From positions 96,001-160,000 of the forward strand of contig CAXXHB010000003.1 in the NCBI GenBank assembly GCA_963664815.2: a DNA stretch of 64,000 bases. The letters run 5' to 3'. The DNA is from Spirochaetota bacterium. GTDB lineage: Bacteria; Spirochaetota; UBA4802; UBA5550. The notes under the pieces are model-generated. The model was not told the DNA's origin and made no database searches. It saw nothing but the letters and a program-made list of their open reading frames with translations. This document shows, piece by piece, positions 19,397 through 29,877 of this stretch; the first letter of the stretch is position 1, and the number at the start of each line of letters is the position of its first letter. A program made the position numbers and the translations under genes.

Positions 19397-19582
19397 TCAG
19401 ATATCGGTCAGAAGCTTTCCGCCTGCCGCCCAGTTTTCCCTTTCTACCTCGTCAAAGACAACATATGTAGTCTTTGGATCTTTCCCCGCAACTTCCTCAA
19501 GTGCCGAGGTGATTTTAGAAGCCAGGGCCTTTTTCTGATCCTTTGTCAGAGGACCTGCAACCATAACATTTACAAAAGGCAT
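19397..19582 (-). CDS. 4-oxalocrotonate tautomerase family protein (DmpI-like)
   Basis: 61 aa with N-terminal Pro, QKKAL...IT, VVFDEVERENWAAGG; AGGAGG RBS. Confidence 0.93.
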   Translation of the reverse strand: MPFVNVMVAGPLTKDQKKALASKITSALEEVAGKDPKTTYVVFDEVERENWAAGGKLLTDI

Positions 19583-19593
19583 TTTTCCTCCTT

Positions 19594-21636
19594 TTACTCC
19601 CTTGCAAAGGGGAGTGATATCATTAAATTTACTTTAACCTGGGGATCTTTTTTTATGTCAGAATAATCGATGATATTTTCCGCAAAAATTTCCCCTCCAT
19701 GGCGAGTTACAATTTTTTCAACGAAAGTGAGTCCGATTCCGAAGTCCAGAGTATTATAACGCTCATAAACAAGCTTTGAAAGCCGGTAAAATGGCTCAAA
19801 AATCAATTTTTCGAATTCTTCAGGAATTCCAATAATACCATCGGTTGTTTTTTGCGGCTCATTGATTACTGAAATTCTCAATGTATTGTTCTGTGAGTAA
19901 ACCATTACAATAACATTAGAAGCCGCTCTTGAAAATTTAAGCGCATTTATAATCAATTCAGAGATAGCTTCTGTCATGTATTGTATATTGATTTTTATTT
20001 TCTGATTTTTCAGACCTTTTGGCAGATCATTTATTACTATTCTGTGCTTATTCAGCTGGGCAAATTTGCCGTATTTTTTTATTGTTCCCTTTATCAGGGT
20101 ATAGAGTTCACGGATACTTTTATCTTCGAGATCTATATTGTTGGAAATAATCCAGTCAATTCCTGCAAAGATTTTAAAAGCATCCTGCGCGATTTTTACG
20201 TTTTTCATCGCTTCATTAAAAAGGGTTGCATCAACAATCCGGTTGCCATCTTTCTCTTTGGAAGACTTTGACATCATTTCCATAAATGTTATAAGCGTAC
20301 CAAACCCTGCTCCCTGAGTGAAACTGTTATTTATGTTGCTGAAAATGGATCTGTCTGTACGTGAAACGTTTCGGCTCAACATCTTCTCTTTCCAGGTCTG
20401 CCATGCCATATCTTTGTCTATTGAATCTGAAGCGGAATTTTTCATGACATGCTTCATCTGTTCCAGAGCAATTTCATCTCTTTTCACTTCAGTAATATCT
20501 TCAGCCGTTACAACAAAAAAACTTGTTTTTCCGCTTTCATTTTTTATTCTGGAGACAGATGATTTGAGGTAATAGATCTCACCGCTCTTTTTTATGTTAT
20601 ATGATTCCCCTTTCCAGAAATTTACGTCCTTTATCTGATTAAGAGCGCTTTCTTCAGGTAAAATAGGATTTGGAATATTCCCTACATTAATGCCGATGAG
20701 TTCATCTTTTGAATAACCGGATAGTTCGGAGAAAGCGCTGTTGGCATATTTAACAATTCCATTTCTTTCAATGATGACTATACAGTTTGTGCTCTGCTCA
20801 ACGACGTCTTTGAAAAGCTTTATCTCTACTTCAGCCAAATTCCTTTTGTCGATCTCGTCATAAAGGTTTTTATTCAGTTCCTGAAGTTTGTTGGTTCTCT
20901 CCCGGATGGCGTCTTCCATTTCATTCATCTGTGAGGATATACGGACTTCGCCGATCTTTTTTTCTGTAACGTCTCTTGTTATTACAAGAAGAAGATCAAT
21001 GTCTACTTTAACAATCCTTGACTCGTAATATCTGGTTACGTTTTTTTCATTTATCGCATATTCAAAAATTTCAACTGAATCTGAACTATATGCTTTATCA
21101 ATAGATTGTCTGGCTTTCTCCTCTGTTCCTGCAGGCCATATTTCTTTAAGCAGCAGTTCATCTTCAGCGGAGCACGGAGTTCCATCAGCCCTGATTTCAA
21201 ACATCTTATCCGGAATTGATTCAAGGATTTTATTCTTTTTAAGTTCACTCTGCCTGAGTCTGCTTTCCATGTCGAATTTAAAAAGAGCTATTTCGATAGC
21301 TGAATTGAGCATCTGGGAGTTGAAAGGTTTCACAATATAGTTCAGCGGGAGTGATTTTTTTGCTCTTTCAAAAGTAGTATCATCTGTTCCAGCGGTTATG
21401 TATATAAATGGTATACTATTAGTCTGATAAATCTGTTCAGCGGCTTCAATTCCGTCAATTTTACCGGCAAGAGAAATATCCATTAAAATCAGATCGGGTT
21501 TATTTTTTATTATTGCACTTATTGCTTCTTCGCCGGATTCTACTATATCAGTTACATTATACCCGGATTTATCCAGAAGTTTTTTTAGTATAAGACCTGA
21601 TGGTTTGTCGTCTTCAACGACTAAAATATTTGTCAT
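19594..21636 (-). CDS. Hybrid REC-PAS-PAS-HATPase sensor protein with atypical DHp region
   Basis: REC (ILVVEDD, LILMDI, KP); PAS (YANSAFSELSGYSKDELIG...WKGE); HATPase N, F and G2 boxes (ELIINALKF, IFEPFYR, FGIGL). Confidence 0.85.
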   Translation of the reverse strand: MTNILVVEDDKPSGLILKKLLDKSGYNVTDIVESGEEAISAIIKNKPDLILMDISLAGKIDGIEAAEQIYQTNSIPFIYITAGTDDTTFERAKKSLPLNYIVKPFNSQMLNSAIEIALFKFDMESRLRQSELKKNKILESIPDKMFEIRADGTPCSAEDELLLKEIWPAGTEEKARQSIDKAYSSDSVEIFEYAINEKNVTRYYESRIVKVDIDLLLVITRDVTEKKIGEVRISSQMNEMEDAIRERTNKLQELNKNLYDEIDKRNLAEVEIKLFKDVVEQSTNCIVIIERNGIVKYANSAFSELSGYSKDELIGINVGNIPNPILPEESALNQIKDVNFWKGESYNIKKSGEIYYLKSSVSRIKNESGKTSFFVVTAEDITEVKRDEIALEQMKHVMKNSASDSIDKDMAWQTWKEKMLSRNVSRTDRSIFSNINNSFTQGAGFGTLITFMEMMSKSSKEKDGNRIVDATLFNEAMKNVKIAQDAFKIFAGIDWIISNNIDLEDKSIRELYTLIKGTIKKYGKFAQLNKHRIVINDLPKGLKNQKIKINIQYMTEAISELIINALKFSRAASNVIVMVYSQNNTLRISVINEPQKTTDGIIGIPEEFEKLIFEPFYRLSKLVYERYNTLDFGIGLTFVEKIVTRHGGEIFAENIIDYSDIKKDPQVKVNLMISLPFARE

Positions 21637-22024
21637 TTTCTGGCTCCCGGAAATTTATATATACAATCAACTGAAAAAGTCATTAAAGGTCTTTTGCCCC
21701 CTTTTCAGGGACAATTTACAAAGCTATTTGCAGAACATCTCAGTTCCGAAGTTCTGGTTAAGTATAATACTTAGAAACCGATGCTATTCCTCCATATAGT
21801 GTTGCCGTTTCCTGTTTTTAATGAAACTGCAAATATATAGAATTTTACTTGATGTAATTAGCTTTATTCTTTAGAATAAAGTTAGTCAATTAAATTTTAA
21901 TATGTTAAATAATTAGATTATTGCCAATATTTTTTTAGAAATATTTTTTATTTTCTTTTATTATGTTTAATTTTTAATCTGGCAGATTCTGCGGCTGTAA
22001 AATTAATTTATTTATGGAGTTTTA

Positions 22025-23371
22025 ATGGATGAAGTAATAATCAACTCTAAAATCACGGAAGATCTTAAAAAGATCATACCATTCATTGATTTTCCGAGTT
22101 TTACAAGAATTATTAATAAACTTACCGATTTTGCGGAAATTCTTACAGAGGGGAAGCTGGCCAGCCTTATTAATTTCAACTACAGGCTGAATGCATCCCA
22201 GTCAAATATGATCATAGATCTTCTTGTCAATATACAGGCTCTTTCAAAAATTTACACAATAGCTCAGAAAGGGAAAAGAGATCTTGATGTGGAATATATA
22301 TCAAATATTCTTTCTGATATTAATAATCCGGGATCGATTTCATCCTATCTGTCGCTCAGAAATTTAATTGAGAACAGGCTGAGTCACCAGATTCAGCAAT
22401 ATAACATGAACATGAGTAAAAGTAATACCACCATGTCTATACCTGTAAATGAACTTCACGGTCATGTGAAAACTTTTAAAGACCTGATAACCAGTGATAT
22501 TACGATTTCTCACAAGGCCCGGCATGGATATATAACAGCATCCCTGCATGATGCTTATCTTACAATACTCAACAGATTTGACTGGTGGGATGATAAAACA
22601 TATCAGAAATTCTTTTTTAATGATGACAACTCACCCAAAAAAAATCTTAATCTGATTACAAAAGAGACCAGACTCACGCTTTTTGAAATTGATAATAACG
22701 TAAAAAAGGTTCTGGATTATTTTCAGAACATATCTGTTTTTAAAACGAAGTCTAAAACTTCTGATCAGGATTTAGTTCCCGGTGAAAATCTTTCAGATGG
22801 AAGGTCTTCAAATAACAATGGTCATACTGCAAATTATTCAGATAAACTTTTATCTACACCATTTGGCATTCAGTATGGGCAAAAGATAGATGAAATTATT
22901 TATGATATTTTTAATAGTGAAAAAATAAATAATGCCGCTGCAATGAGAAGTGATGAGGTAAGAAAGATCGTAGCAGCTCTTTATCAGGTTTATAAAGCTT
23001 TTCCCGGATCACTTGCAATGCCGCAGAATCTGAAAATGGTAATGACTCTGGTATACTACCTTCTTGCACAGGATTTTGGTATCAAAAGATTCACCGAAGA
23101 GTTTGTTTATACAGACAGGAAAATCCCCTTTGTAAGATTTTTTCCTGATGTAAAAGATGATATAGAGGAGTTTCTTATAAGGCTCTTTATCGTTTTTTTT
23201 GAAGAGTTATTCAGTAATATTTTTCGAATTATAAGAAGCCTTGACATGAAACAGTATGCATGCGCTTTTATAATAAAAAGAATATATCTTGCAAAAGGTG
23301 AGGATATGCCTGTTTTTGGTTATTTTCTTGTAAAAGCGATAGCAAGACATGGTAAGATAAAAGTAAGCTGA
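22025..23371 (+). CDS. Hypothetical cytoplasmic protein, 448 aa
   Basis: Long ORF with GGAG RBS; no motif recognised. Confidence 0.8.
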   Translation: MDEVIINSKITEDLKKIIPFIDFPSFTRIINKLTDFAEILTEGKLASLINFNYRLNASQSNMIIDLLVNIQALSKIYTIAQKGKRDLDVEYISNILSDINNPGSISSYLSLRNLIENRLSHQIQQYNMNMSKSNTTMSIPVNELHGHVKTFKDLITSDITISHKARHGYITASLHDAYLTILNRFDWWDDKTYQKFFFNDDNSPKKNLNLITKETRLTLFEIDNNVKKVLDYFQNISVFKTKSKTSDQDLVPGENLSDGRSSNNNGHTANYSDKLLSTPFGIQYGQKIDEIIYDIFNSEKINNAAAMRSDEVRKIVAALYQVYKAFPGSLAMPQNLKMVMTLVYYLLAQDFGIKRFTEEFVYTDRKIPFVRFFPDVKDDIEEFLIRLFIVFFEELFSNIFRIIRSLDMKQYACAFIIKRIYLAKGEDMPVFGYFLVKAIARHGKIKVS

Positions 23372-23516
23372 CTGTGAATAATAAATCAGGTTATATCTCT
23401 CCGTTACGCGGAGCGGACAGGGTTTTATTTTTTATCCACTCAACGTGCGGGGCATAAAAAAGAAAATGTTGTTTTGAATTATATTGCTGTTATATTTGTT
23501 TTATGGAGGTCTTGAA

Positions 23517-23834
23517 ATGCCTGCGGGTTCAGATAACAATTTTGATGGAGGCGTTAGCCTTGAATCTGAACAGAATCTGAAAAAACCCGATATGTATAGA
23601 GTTCTGCTTCACAATGATCATTATACAACTATGGATTTTGTGGTGGAAGTGCTCACTACAGTTTTTCATATGCCATCCGCGAAAGCTACTTCGGTAATGC
23701 TGGATGTGCATAAAAAAGGTATCGGGGTTTGCGGAGTTTACACTTATGATATTGCTGTAACTAAAGTTGAAAGAGTTCATCTGATGGCAAAGGAAAAACA
23801 GTTCCCTTTGAGATGTTCATATGAAAAGGTTTAA
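23517..23834 (+). CDS. clpS: ATP-dependent Clp protease adaptor ClpS
   Basis: YRVLLHNDHYTTMDFVVEVL, MLDVHKKG.GVCGVY, FPLRC; start reassigned to ATG 23517 after GGAGG. Confidence 0.97.
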   Translation: MPAGSDNNFDGGVSLESEQNLKKPDMYRVLLHNDHYTTMDFVVEVLTTVFHMPSAKATSVMLDVHKKGIGVCGVYTYDIAVTKVERVHLMAKEKQFPLRCSYEKV

Positions 23835-24014
23835 TTTTAACAGAAAATAAAATTTATATATTAATCTGTCTGAATTCTGAAAACAGGTAATACTATCACT
23901 CCGGATGACGGTGTGGGTATAAATAAGGCGGTTATAATTATAAATATCTTTTAATGTAACTGGTGTTAAAAATAAACAATCGAATGATACAATGTTAATT
24001 TAGAAGGATAGAAT

Positions 24015-26258
24015 ATGGAACTTAATCCTGTATTGAATGATATCCTCATGTCGGCATTTAATGAGGCTAAATTTAAAAAGCACGAGTATCTTACGCCCGA
24101 ACATCTGCTCTACGCAATATTGCAGTATGAAGAGGGGAGAGAAGTAATTGAAGCTGCCGGGGGAGATGTACGCTCTATAAAACATAACATAGAAGAATTT
24201 TTTAATGAGAAAATGGAGATTGTTGAGGTAGATGAGCCGAGACAGTCTTCAGGTTTTCAGAATGTAATGGAACGTGCTATATGGCATACAGCTTCTGCCC
24301 AAAAAGAAATTCTTGATATAGGGGATGTTCTTGTCTCTATTCTCGACGAGGAGGAATCTTTTGCGGCGTATTTTATGGGGATTGAAGGCATTACCAGGTA
24401 CGAGTTGCTGAAGTATATATCGCATGGTGTATCTGTTTATCCGCATGAGCCATATGAGGATTTAGGGGAAATGGAGGAGGAGGAAGAGAAAAAAGATAAG
24501 AAGTCGGGAGAAAAATTCATTGAGATGTTTACGACTGAGCTGACCGGGAAAGCCATGAATGGTGAGATCGATCCATTAATCGGCCGTGAGGATATAATTG
24601 AACGTACTATACAGGTACTCTGCCGCCGGACAAAAAATAATCCGGTTCATGTTGGTGATCCAGGTGTTGGTAAAACGGCTATTACAGAAGGCCTTGCAAT
24701 GAGAATAGCTGAAGGTGCAGTTCCGGAAAAGCTTAAAGGGCTTAAAATTTACTCTCTCGATATAGGGAGTCTTCTTGCCGGGACAAAGTTCAGGGGTGAT
24801 TTTGAAGAGCGTATGAAAAAAGTAATCAATGAACTTAAAAAGATGAAGGATGTAATTTTATTTATTGATGAGATACATAATGTAGTGGGCGCTGGCGCTG
24901 TTTCCGGAGGGTCAATGGATGCCTCTAACATGCTGAAACCGGTTCTCACCTCCGGGGAGATCAAATGTATCGGTTCAACAACATATGAAGAATATAAAAA
25001 GTATTTTGAAAAAGACAGGGCTCTTTCAAGGAGATTCCAGAAGATAGAAATTCCGGAGCCGGGAATTGAAGATACGATAAATATTCTTCATGGCATAAAG
25101 GACAAATATGAGGAGTATCACAAAGTAAAATATACTGATGAGTCCATAAGAGCCGCAGCTGAGCTTTCAAGCAAATACATAAATGACCGGCACCTGCCTG
25201 ATAAGGCGATTGATGTGATCGACGAGGCCGGCTCATTTGCAAGGATTTATAATTTCGCGAAAAGTGATATAATAGAAATCGGGACAGTGGATGTTGAGAA
25301 GATTGTGGCAAAGATCGCCAAACTCCCGGAGAAGAGCGTTTCCTCATCTGAAAAAACCAGGCTGAAGGACCTTTCTCTCGACCTGAAAAAAGAGATTTTC
25401 GGTCAGGAGGGTGCGATAGAGACTGTTGTTAATGCCATAAAACGGAGCAGGGCAGGATTCGGGAATCCTTCAAAGCCGATTGCTTCACTTCTTTTTGTCG
25501 GGCCGACGGGTGTTGGTAAAACCGAACTTGCGCGGCAGCTTGCCCTTTCACTCGGAATAGAAATTCACAGATTTGATATGAGCGAATATCAGGAGAAGCA
25601 CACTGTGGCAAGACTGATCGGCGCTCCTCCGGGGTATGTGGGATATGATGAGGGGGGGCTTCTTACCGAGGCAATAAGAAAGACTCCGTATGCTGTTCTT
25701 CTCCTCGATGAAATAGAGAAGGCTCATTCAGATATCTTCAATACCCTGTTACAGGTGATGGATTATGCAACGCTTACCGATAATACCGGGAAAAAAGCGG
25801 ATTTCCGTAATGTTATTATTATAATGACATCAAATGCCGGCGCGAGAGAAATAGGGAAAAAGCAGGTAGGCTTTGATGAACGTCATGTCAAAGAGGACGC
25901 AATTGACAGGGCCGTTGACCGTTTATTTTCACCGGAATTCCGGAACAGACTTGATGCTACAGTGACATTCAATGATCTTCCGGAAGATATAATTCTTGAT
26001 ATTGTGGGTAAAGAGATAAATGTTTTCAGCGAGCAGCTGAAGGGTAAGAATGTGACTCTGGAGGTTACTCCTGAATGCAGGAGGTGGCTTGCTAAAAAAG
26101 GTTATTCGCGTGAATTCGGAGCGCGTCAGATAGGACGGCTTGTCCAGGATAAGCTTAAAAGTTTTTTTGTGGATGAGGTTCTGTTCGGTAAACTCTCCGG
26201 TGGCGGTCATGCAGTGGCTGACATAGAGGGTGATGAAATCGGGATAAAAGTGAAATAA
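24015..26258 (+). CDS. clpA: ATP-dependent Clp protease ATP-binding subunit ClpA
   Basis: HEYLTPEHLL N-domain, two AAA+ modules, no M-domain, VGF ClpP-docking loop, follows clpS. Confidence 0.97.
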   Translation: MELNPVLNDILMSAFNEAKFKKHEYLTPEHLLYAILQYEEGREVIEAAGGDVRSIKHNIEEFFNEKMEIVEVDEPRQSSGFQNVMERAIWHTASAQKEILDIGDVLVSILDEEESFAAYFMGIEGITRYELLKYISHGVSVYPHEPYEDLGEMEEEEEKKDKKSGEKFIEMFTTELTGKAMNGEIDPLIGREDIIERTIQVLCRRTKNNPVHVGDPGVGKTAITEGLAMRIAEGAVPEKLKGLKIYSLDIGSLLAGTKFRGDFEERMKKVINELKKMKDVILFIDEIHNVVGAGAVSGGSMDASNMLKPVLTSGEIKCIGSTTYEEYKKYFEKDRALSRRFQKIEIPEPGIEDTINILHGIKDKYEEYHKVKYTDESIRAAAELSSKYINDRHLPDKAIDVIDEAGSFARIYNFAKSDIIEIGTVDVEKIVAKIAKLPEKSVSSSEKTRLKDLSLDLKKEIFGQEGAIETVVNAIKRSRAGFGNPSKPIASLLFVGPTGVGKTELARQLALSLGIEIHRFDMSEYQEKHTVARLIGAPPGYVGYDEGGLLTEAIRKTPYAVLLLDEIEKAHSDIFNTLLQVMDYATLTDNTGKKADFRNVIIIMTSNAGAREIGKKQVGFDERHVKEDAIDRAVDRLFSPEFRNRLDATVTFNDLPEDIILDIVGKEINVFSEQLKGKNVTLEVTPECRRWLAKKGYSREFGARQIGRLVQDKLKSFFVDEVLFGKLSGGGHAVADIEGDEIGIKVK

Positions 26259-26267
26259 AAGCGTTCT

Positions 26268-26972
26268 ATGCCTGTTTACTATCTTGGTTCTGACCCTTTT
26301 TTCCCCCCTGCGACTGATTCCGATCGGGACGGGATTCTTGCAGTTGGCGGTGATCTCTCCCCGGAAAGATTATACGAGGCATATACTCACGGCATTTTCC
26401 CCTGGTATTCATCAGAATCTCCGATAATCTGGTGGTCGCCTGATCCCAGGTTTGTCATCTATCCATCTGAAGTGAAAGTATCAAAAAGTATGAGACAGAT
26501 TCTCAGGAGAAAAATTTTCGATATAAAATTCGACACATCTTTCCGTGAAGTTATAACAGAATGCAGCGGCAGAAGAAGGCATGAAAAGGGAACATGGATA
26601 ACACCTGAAATGATCGAAGCATATGTAATTCTTCACAAATTGGGTCTTGCGCATTCAATTGAATCCTGGCATGATGATAAACTCGCCGGCGGATTATACG
26701 GCGTATCTATTGGCGGGATATTTTTTGGTGAGTCCATGTTTTCAAGGGAGAGCAATGCATCCAAGGCGGCATTTATTGTTCTTGCGGATAACCTTCTGAG
26801 GCTCGGTTTTGATCTTATAGACAGTCAGGTCCACACCAGTCACATGGAAAGCCTTGGCGCTGTTGAAATGGACAGAGATCTCTTCCTGAATATAGTAACA
26901 GAATCTGTCAGGAAAGAGACCATAAAAGGTAACTGGGGCACTAATCCGCTCTTTAAAACGGATTTATATTAA
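26268..26972 (+). CDS. aat: Leucyl/phenylalanyl-tRNA--protein transferase
   Basis: GGDLSPERL, GIFPW, WWSPDPR, TWIT, GGLYGV, FFGESMFS, ASKAA motifs. Confidence 0.97.
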   Translation: MPVYYLGSDPFFPPATDSDRDGILAVGGDLSPERLYEAYTHGIFPWYSSESPIIWWSPDPRFVIYPSEVKVSKSMRQILRRKIFDIKFDTSFREVITECSGRRRHEKGTWITPEMIEAYVILHKLGLAHSIESWHDDKLAGGLYGVSIGGIFFGESMFSRESNASKAAFIVLADNLLRLGFDLIDSQVHTSHMESLGAVEMDRDLFLNIVTESVRKETIKGNWGTNPLFKTDLY

Positions 26973-26982
26973 TTTATTTTAT

Positions 26983-29553
26983 TTATATTGACGATTCTTT
27001 AATCTCAAGATTTCTGAATATATCCGACAGGGTTCTGTTAAGCTGTCGGTACATATCTCCTGTGGTTTTTCCCGATAGTATTATTACATATCCGTTTTTC
27101 GGTATCATGTATGATTCCATGATCCCGTCATAGGTATTTTTAGATGTGCTTTTAATATAGTCGCAGTTATTTTTTTTACCCCAGTTTTTTTCAATCATGG
27201 AAAAGCCGGACTTTTTAGGCCATAAACCCGCAAGATACTGAAGATTATTCACTTCCTCCCGAACTGATGTTACCTCAATTAATCCCTTCATATCGGGGCT
27301 TTCAAAGCTTATTCTATTAATATTATCACCTTTCTTATCCGGAATTTTTTTCCATCCGGCAGGTGGAGTAAATGCAACATTAATTCCTGTTTTATCTATA
27401 GTCAGTATCTCCGTTGCGGCACTACTGCCCGCATTGTTCCAGGCGTTTTTGTTATTAAGTTTTTTAAGTTCTGCCGCAACATTCAAATCTATCTGCCTGA
27501 AATTTTTACCATTCATTTTCCATGATGAAACAATAATCTCGGGACTATTAGAGAACTCCTTTTTTATTAATGAGATCTCTTCACCTGTAGGAGTATATTT
27601 CACAGGTATACATTTTCTTTTATAATACTGCATCAGTGTTATAGACCCGCTGAGGGCATCAAGTCCTTCTCTGGCAAGAAGTTCTCTTGTCGCAGTTTCT
27701 TTTTCAATTGTTTCAGCTTTAAAATCCGGGATCGAGGAGAAAAATGGTGCAGAAGCATCATTACCTGAGAATTGGATTTTATTCCCTTTTTTAAGTTCAT
27801 TGCTGATTCTGCCGTATTCATCTCTGTATTTCTGCAGAGCTGTCATGGTATAGTTCATGTTTGCAAGCTTTTCGGCGCATTTCTTTGCGAAGCTGAAAAG
27901 CCTGTCGGTTTCATCCTGTGCTATCTGAGTCTCGGAATTAATTGAGGATTCTTTTTTTGTTGCCACGGCCCTGGAGAATCCCGCGATGCACTCATCATAA
28001 TTTTTTCTTGTCTGGTTTATCAATAATGTACCTTTTGTACGCAAACCGGCATTTATAGAGGAAAACTCTTTAAGATTCTCCTTGCTTAAGGTTTCTCTTA
28101 CAGAGGTTGGTATGTTTTCCGGTTTCAACAGACTTTTAGCAAAGGTGAGTACACCAGGCAATGTGCCTTTGCAGGTGGAATGAAATTTCCCGGATCCCGT
28201 TTCAGAAAGCGTTAGAATGTTTGACGTAAGTTTTTCAGAAAATGAGATATATAAAATATATCTTTCAGTTCTGTATCTGTGGAAATCGATGTATTTTTGA
28301 GGTGAGCTCTTAACGGCAGAGTAAATAGCTCCGGTAAATTCAGATGAAAGATTTGCATAACGGTAGAGTTCCTCTCTCACTGCATTAAAATGAGTTTTTG
28401 ATGTTTTAAAAACCTCTTCGTTGTAAATAATAATATCACCCCTGGTTTTTTTAAGCCGATCGATACGCGTCTCTTCATTTTTAAACTGCAGCTCAATATG
28501 GTTTAAACTTCTGGTGGCAATTCCTGTATTGTTGTTTTTAATTTTTGAGATAGATTCCTCATCTTCATTACCATTAATATTCTGTATAAGGCTTTTCCGG
28601 TATCGGTCTATTTCATCAATGGCCGCGCATAGTTTCTTCAAATCCGGAATATCGTAGTATGGATTGTTTCCCATAGCTCCGTTAGTTGCAGTCGTATTTT
28701 GAAGCATATCTGTTATTTTTTCCCTGGCATTATCGAAGACCTCTTTTTCAGCGCTGTTTATGTCGTGAGCTTTAGTTTTATCAAAACCGGGATTATTGAT
28801 GGAGCTGATAAAATTAATAGCTGCCCTGTTTCTATCTTCAATATTCGAATATTGTTCTGTTATATATTTCCATTGAGGTACAGGGCTGAGGTATTTTTCA
28901 TTGAATGAACTATTATCGGAGAATATTTTTGATGCAAGTGATTCTTCTGAGCATTTCCGTATAATCCTTTTTATATCAGTTTCGTTGGAATTATAGTCAG
29001 TTCTGCTCAATTCATATTCTGTTTTACTCAATATATCGGATGTAGCGATTTTAATTGCTTCTTCAAATTCAGCCATACCTTTTTCAAGCAGATACAGTCT
29101 TGACAACGCATTGAGTTCAGCGGAAGATATTTTAATTCCCGCTCCGTATTTTTTTACAGCATGTTGTGTAATTTCACCTGTAATCTGTTCTTTAAGCCTT
29201 GTGTCATCAACGGCTCTGTAAATATCTGAAAGATAATAAACAGTTATTGCCGGGAGGGATATATCCTTTACTTTTTTTTCTATTTCGGTCAGGGAATATT
29301 TTTTATTTTCTGATTTAAGAGATCCATCCTCCTCCCTGTAGCGGTTCAGAAGACTGAGGAATTCTTCACCGGACTTTATTTCATTTGCAGTCAGTTCATT
29401 GACAACATCTTTATCTGTTTTACCGGATGAGGTTTCACTCCGGATTTTTTTCAGTCTGTCAATTCTCATGTTCCATCTCTCCACTCTCGAATCGACACTA
29501 AATGCTGAAACAGAGAAAAGTATTATAAGAAATAAAGCAGCTGATCTGTACAT
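26983..29553 (-). CDS. Large exported hypothetical protein, 856 aa, with possible C-terminal PsbP/DcrB-like domain
   Basis: Signal peptide; helical body; C-terminal FTPPAGWKK...FESPD...GYVIILSG pattern. Confidence 0.7.
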   Translation of the reverse strand: MYRSAALFLIILFSVSAFSVDSRVERWNMRIDRLKKIRSETSSGKTDKDVVNELTANEIKSGEEFLSLLNRYREEDGSLKSENKKYSLTEIEKKVKDISLPAITVYYLSDIYRAVDDTRLKEQITGEITQHAVKKYGAGIKISSAELNALSRLYLLEKGMAEFEEAIKIATSDILSKTEYELSRTDYNSNETDIKRIIRKCSEESLASKIFSDNSSFNEKYLSPVPQWKYITEQYSNIEDRNRAAINFISSINNPGFDKTKAHDINSAEKEVFDNAREKITDMLQNTTATNGAMGNNPYYDIPDLKKLCAAIDEIDRYRKSLIQNINGNEDEESISKIKNNNTGIATRSLNHIELQFKNEETRIDRLKKTRGDIIIYNEEVFKTSKTHFNAVREELYRYANLSSEFTGAIYSAVKSSPQKYIDFHRYRTERYILYISFSEKLTSNILTLSETGSGKFHSTCKGTLPGVLTFAKSLLKPENIPTSVRETLSKENLKEFSSINAGLRTKGTLLINQTRKNYDECIAGFSRAVATKKESSINSETQIAQDETDRLFSFAKKCAEKLANMNYTMTALQKYRDEYGRISNELKKGNKIQFSGNDASAPFFSSIPDFKAETIEKETATRELLAREGLDALSGSITLMQYYKRKCIPVKYTPTGEEISLIKKEFSNSPEIIVSSWKMNGKNFRQIDLNVAAELKKLNNKNAWNNAGSSAATEILTIDKTGINVAFTPPAGWKKIPDKKGDNINRISFESPDMKGLIEVTSVREEVNNLQYLAGLWPKKSGFSMIEKNWGKKNNCDYIKSTSKNTYDGIMESYMIPKNGYVIILSGKTTGDMYRQLNRTLSDIFRNLEIKESSI

Positions 29554-29877
29554 GGCTATCCCCGTAAATATAGTTTTTTACATATTTATTATCGGAAAAA
29601 ATTATAATAACTATATGACATAATTACAGAGAGAGGAATGTTTTTTAAACGATTGAATGAATTCCGGAAAAATTTACAAATATATTTATAGATATGAGAG
29701 AAAACATCGCAGTACGCCGGTGCAGTATTACAAGGTCTGTTTGATATTTTTGATATTTAAGGAAGAGATACAGTTTAAATAAGTAATTATTAAAGATATA
29801 TGCTGCTGAAGCTTTTTTGTTGACTTATTAAACTTTACAGGTATAAATAATAAGAATATATAAAATGGTTTGATTAT

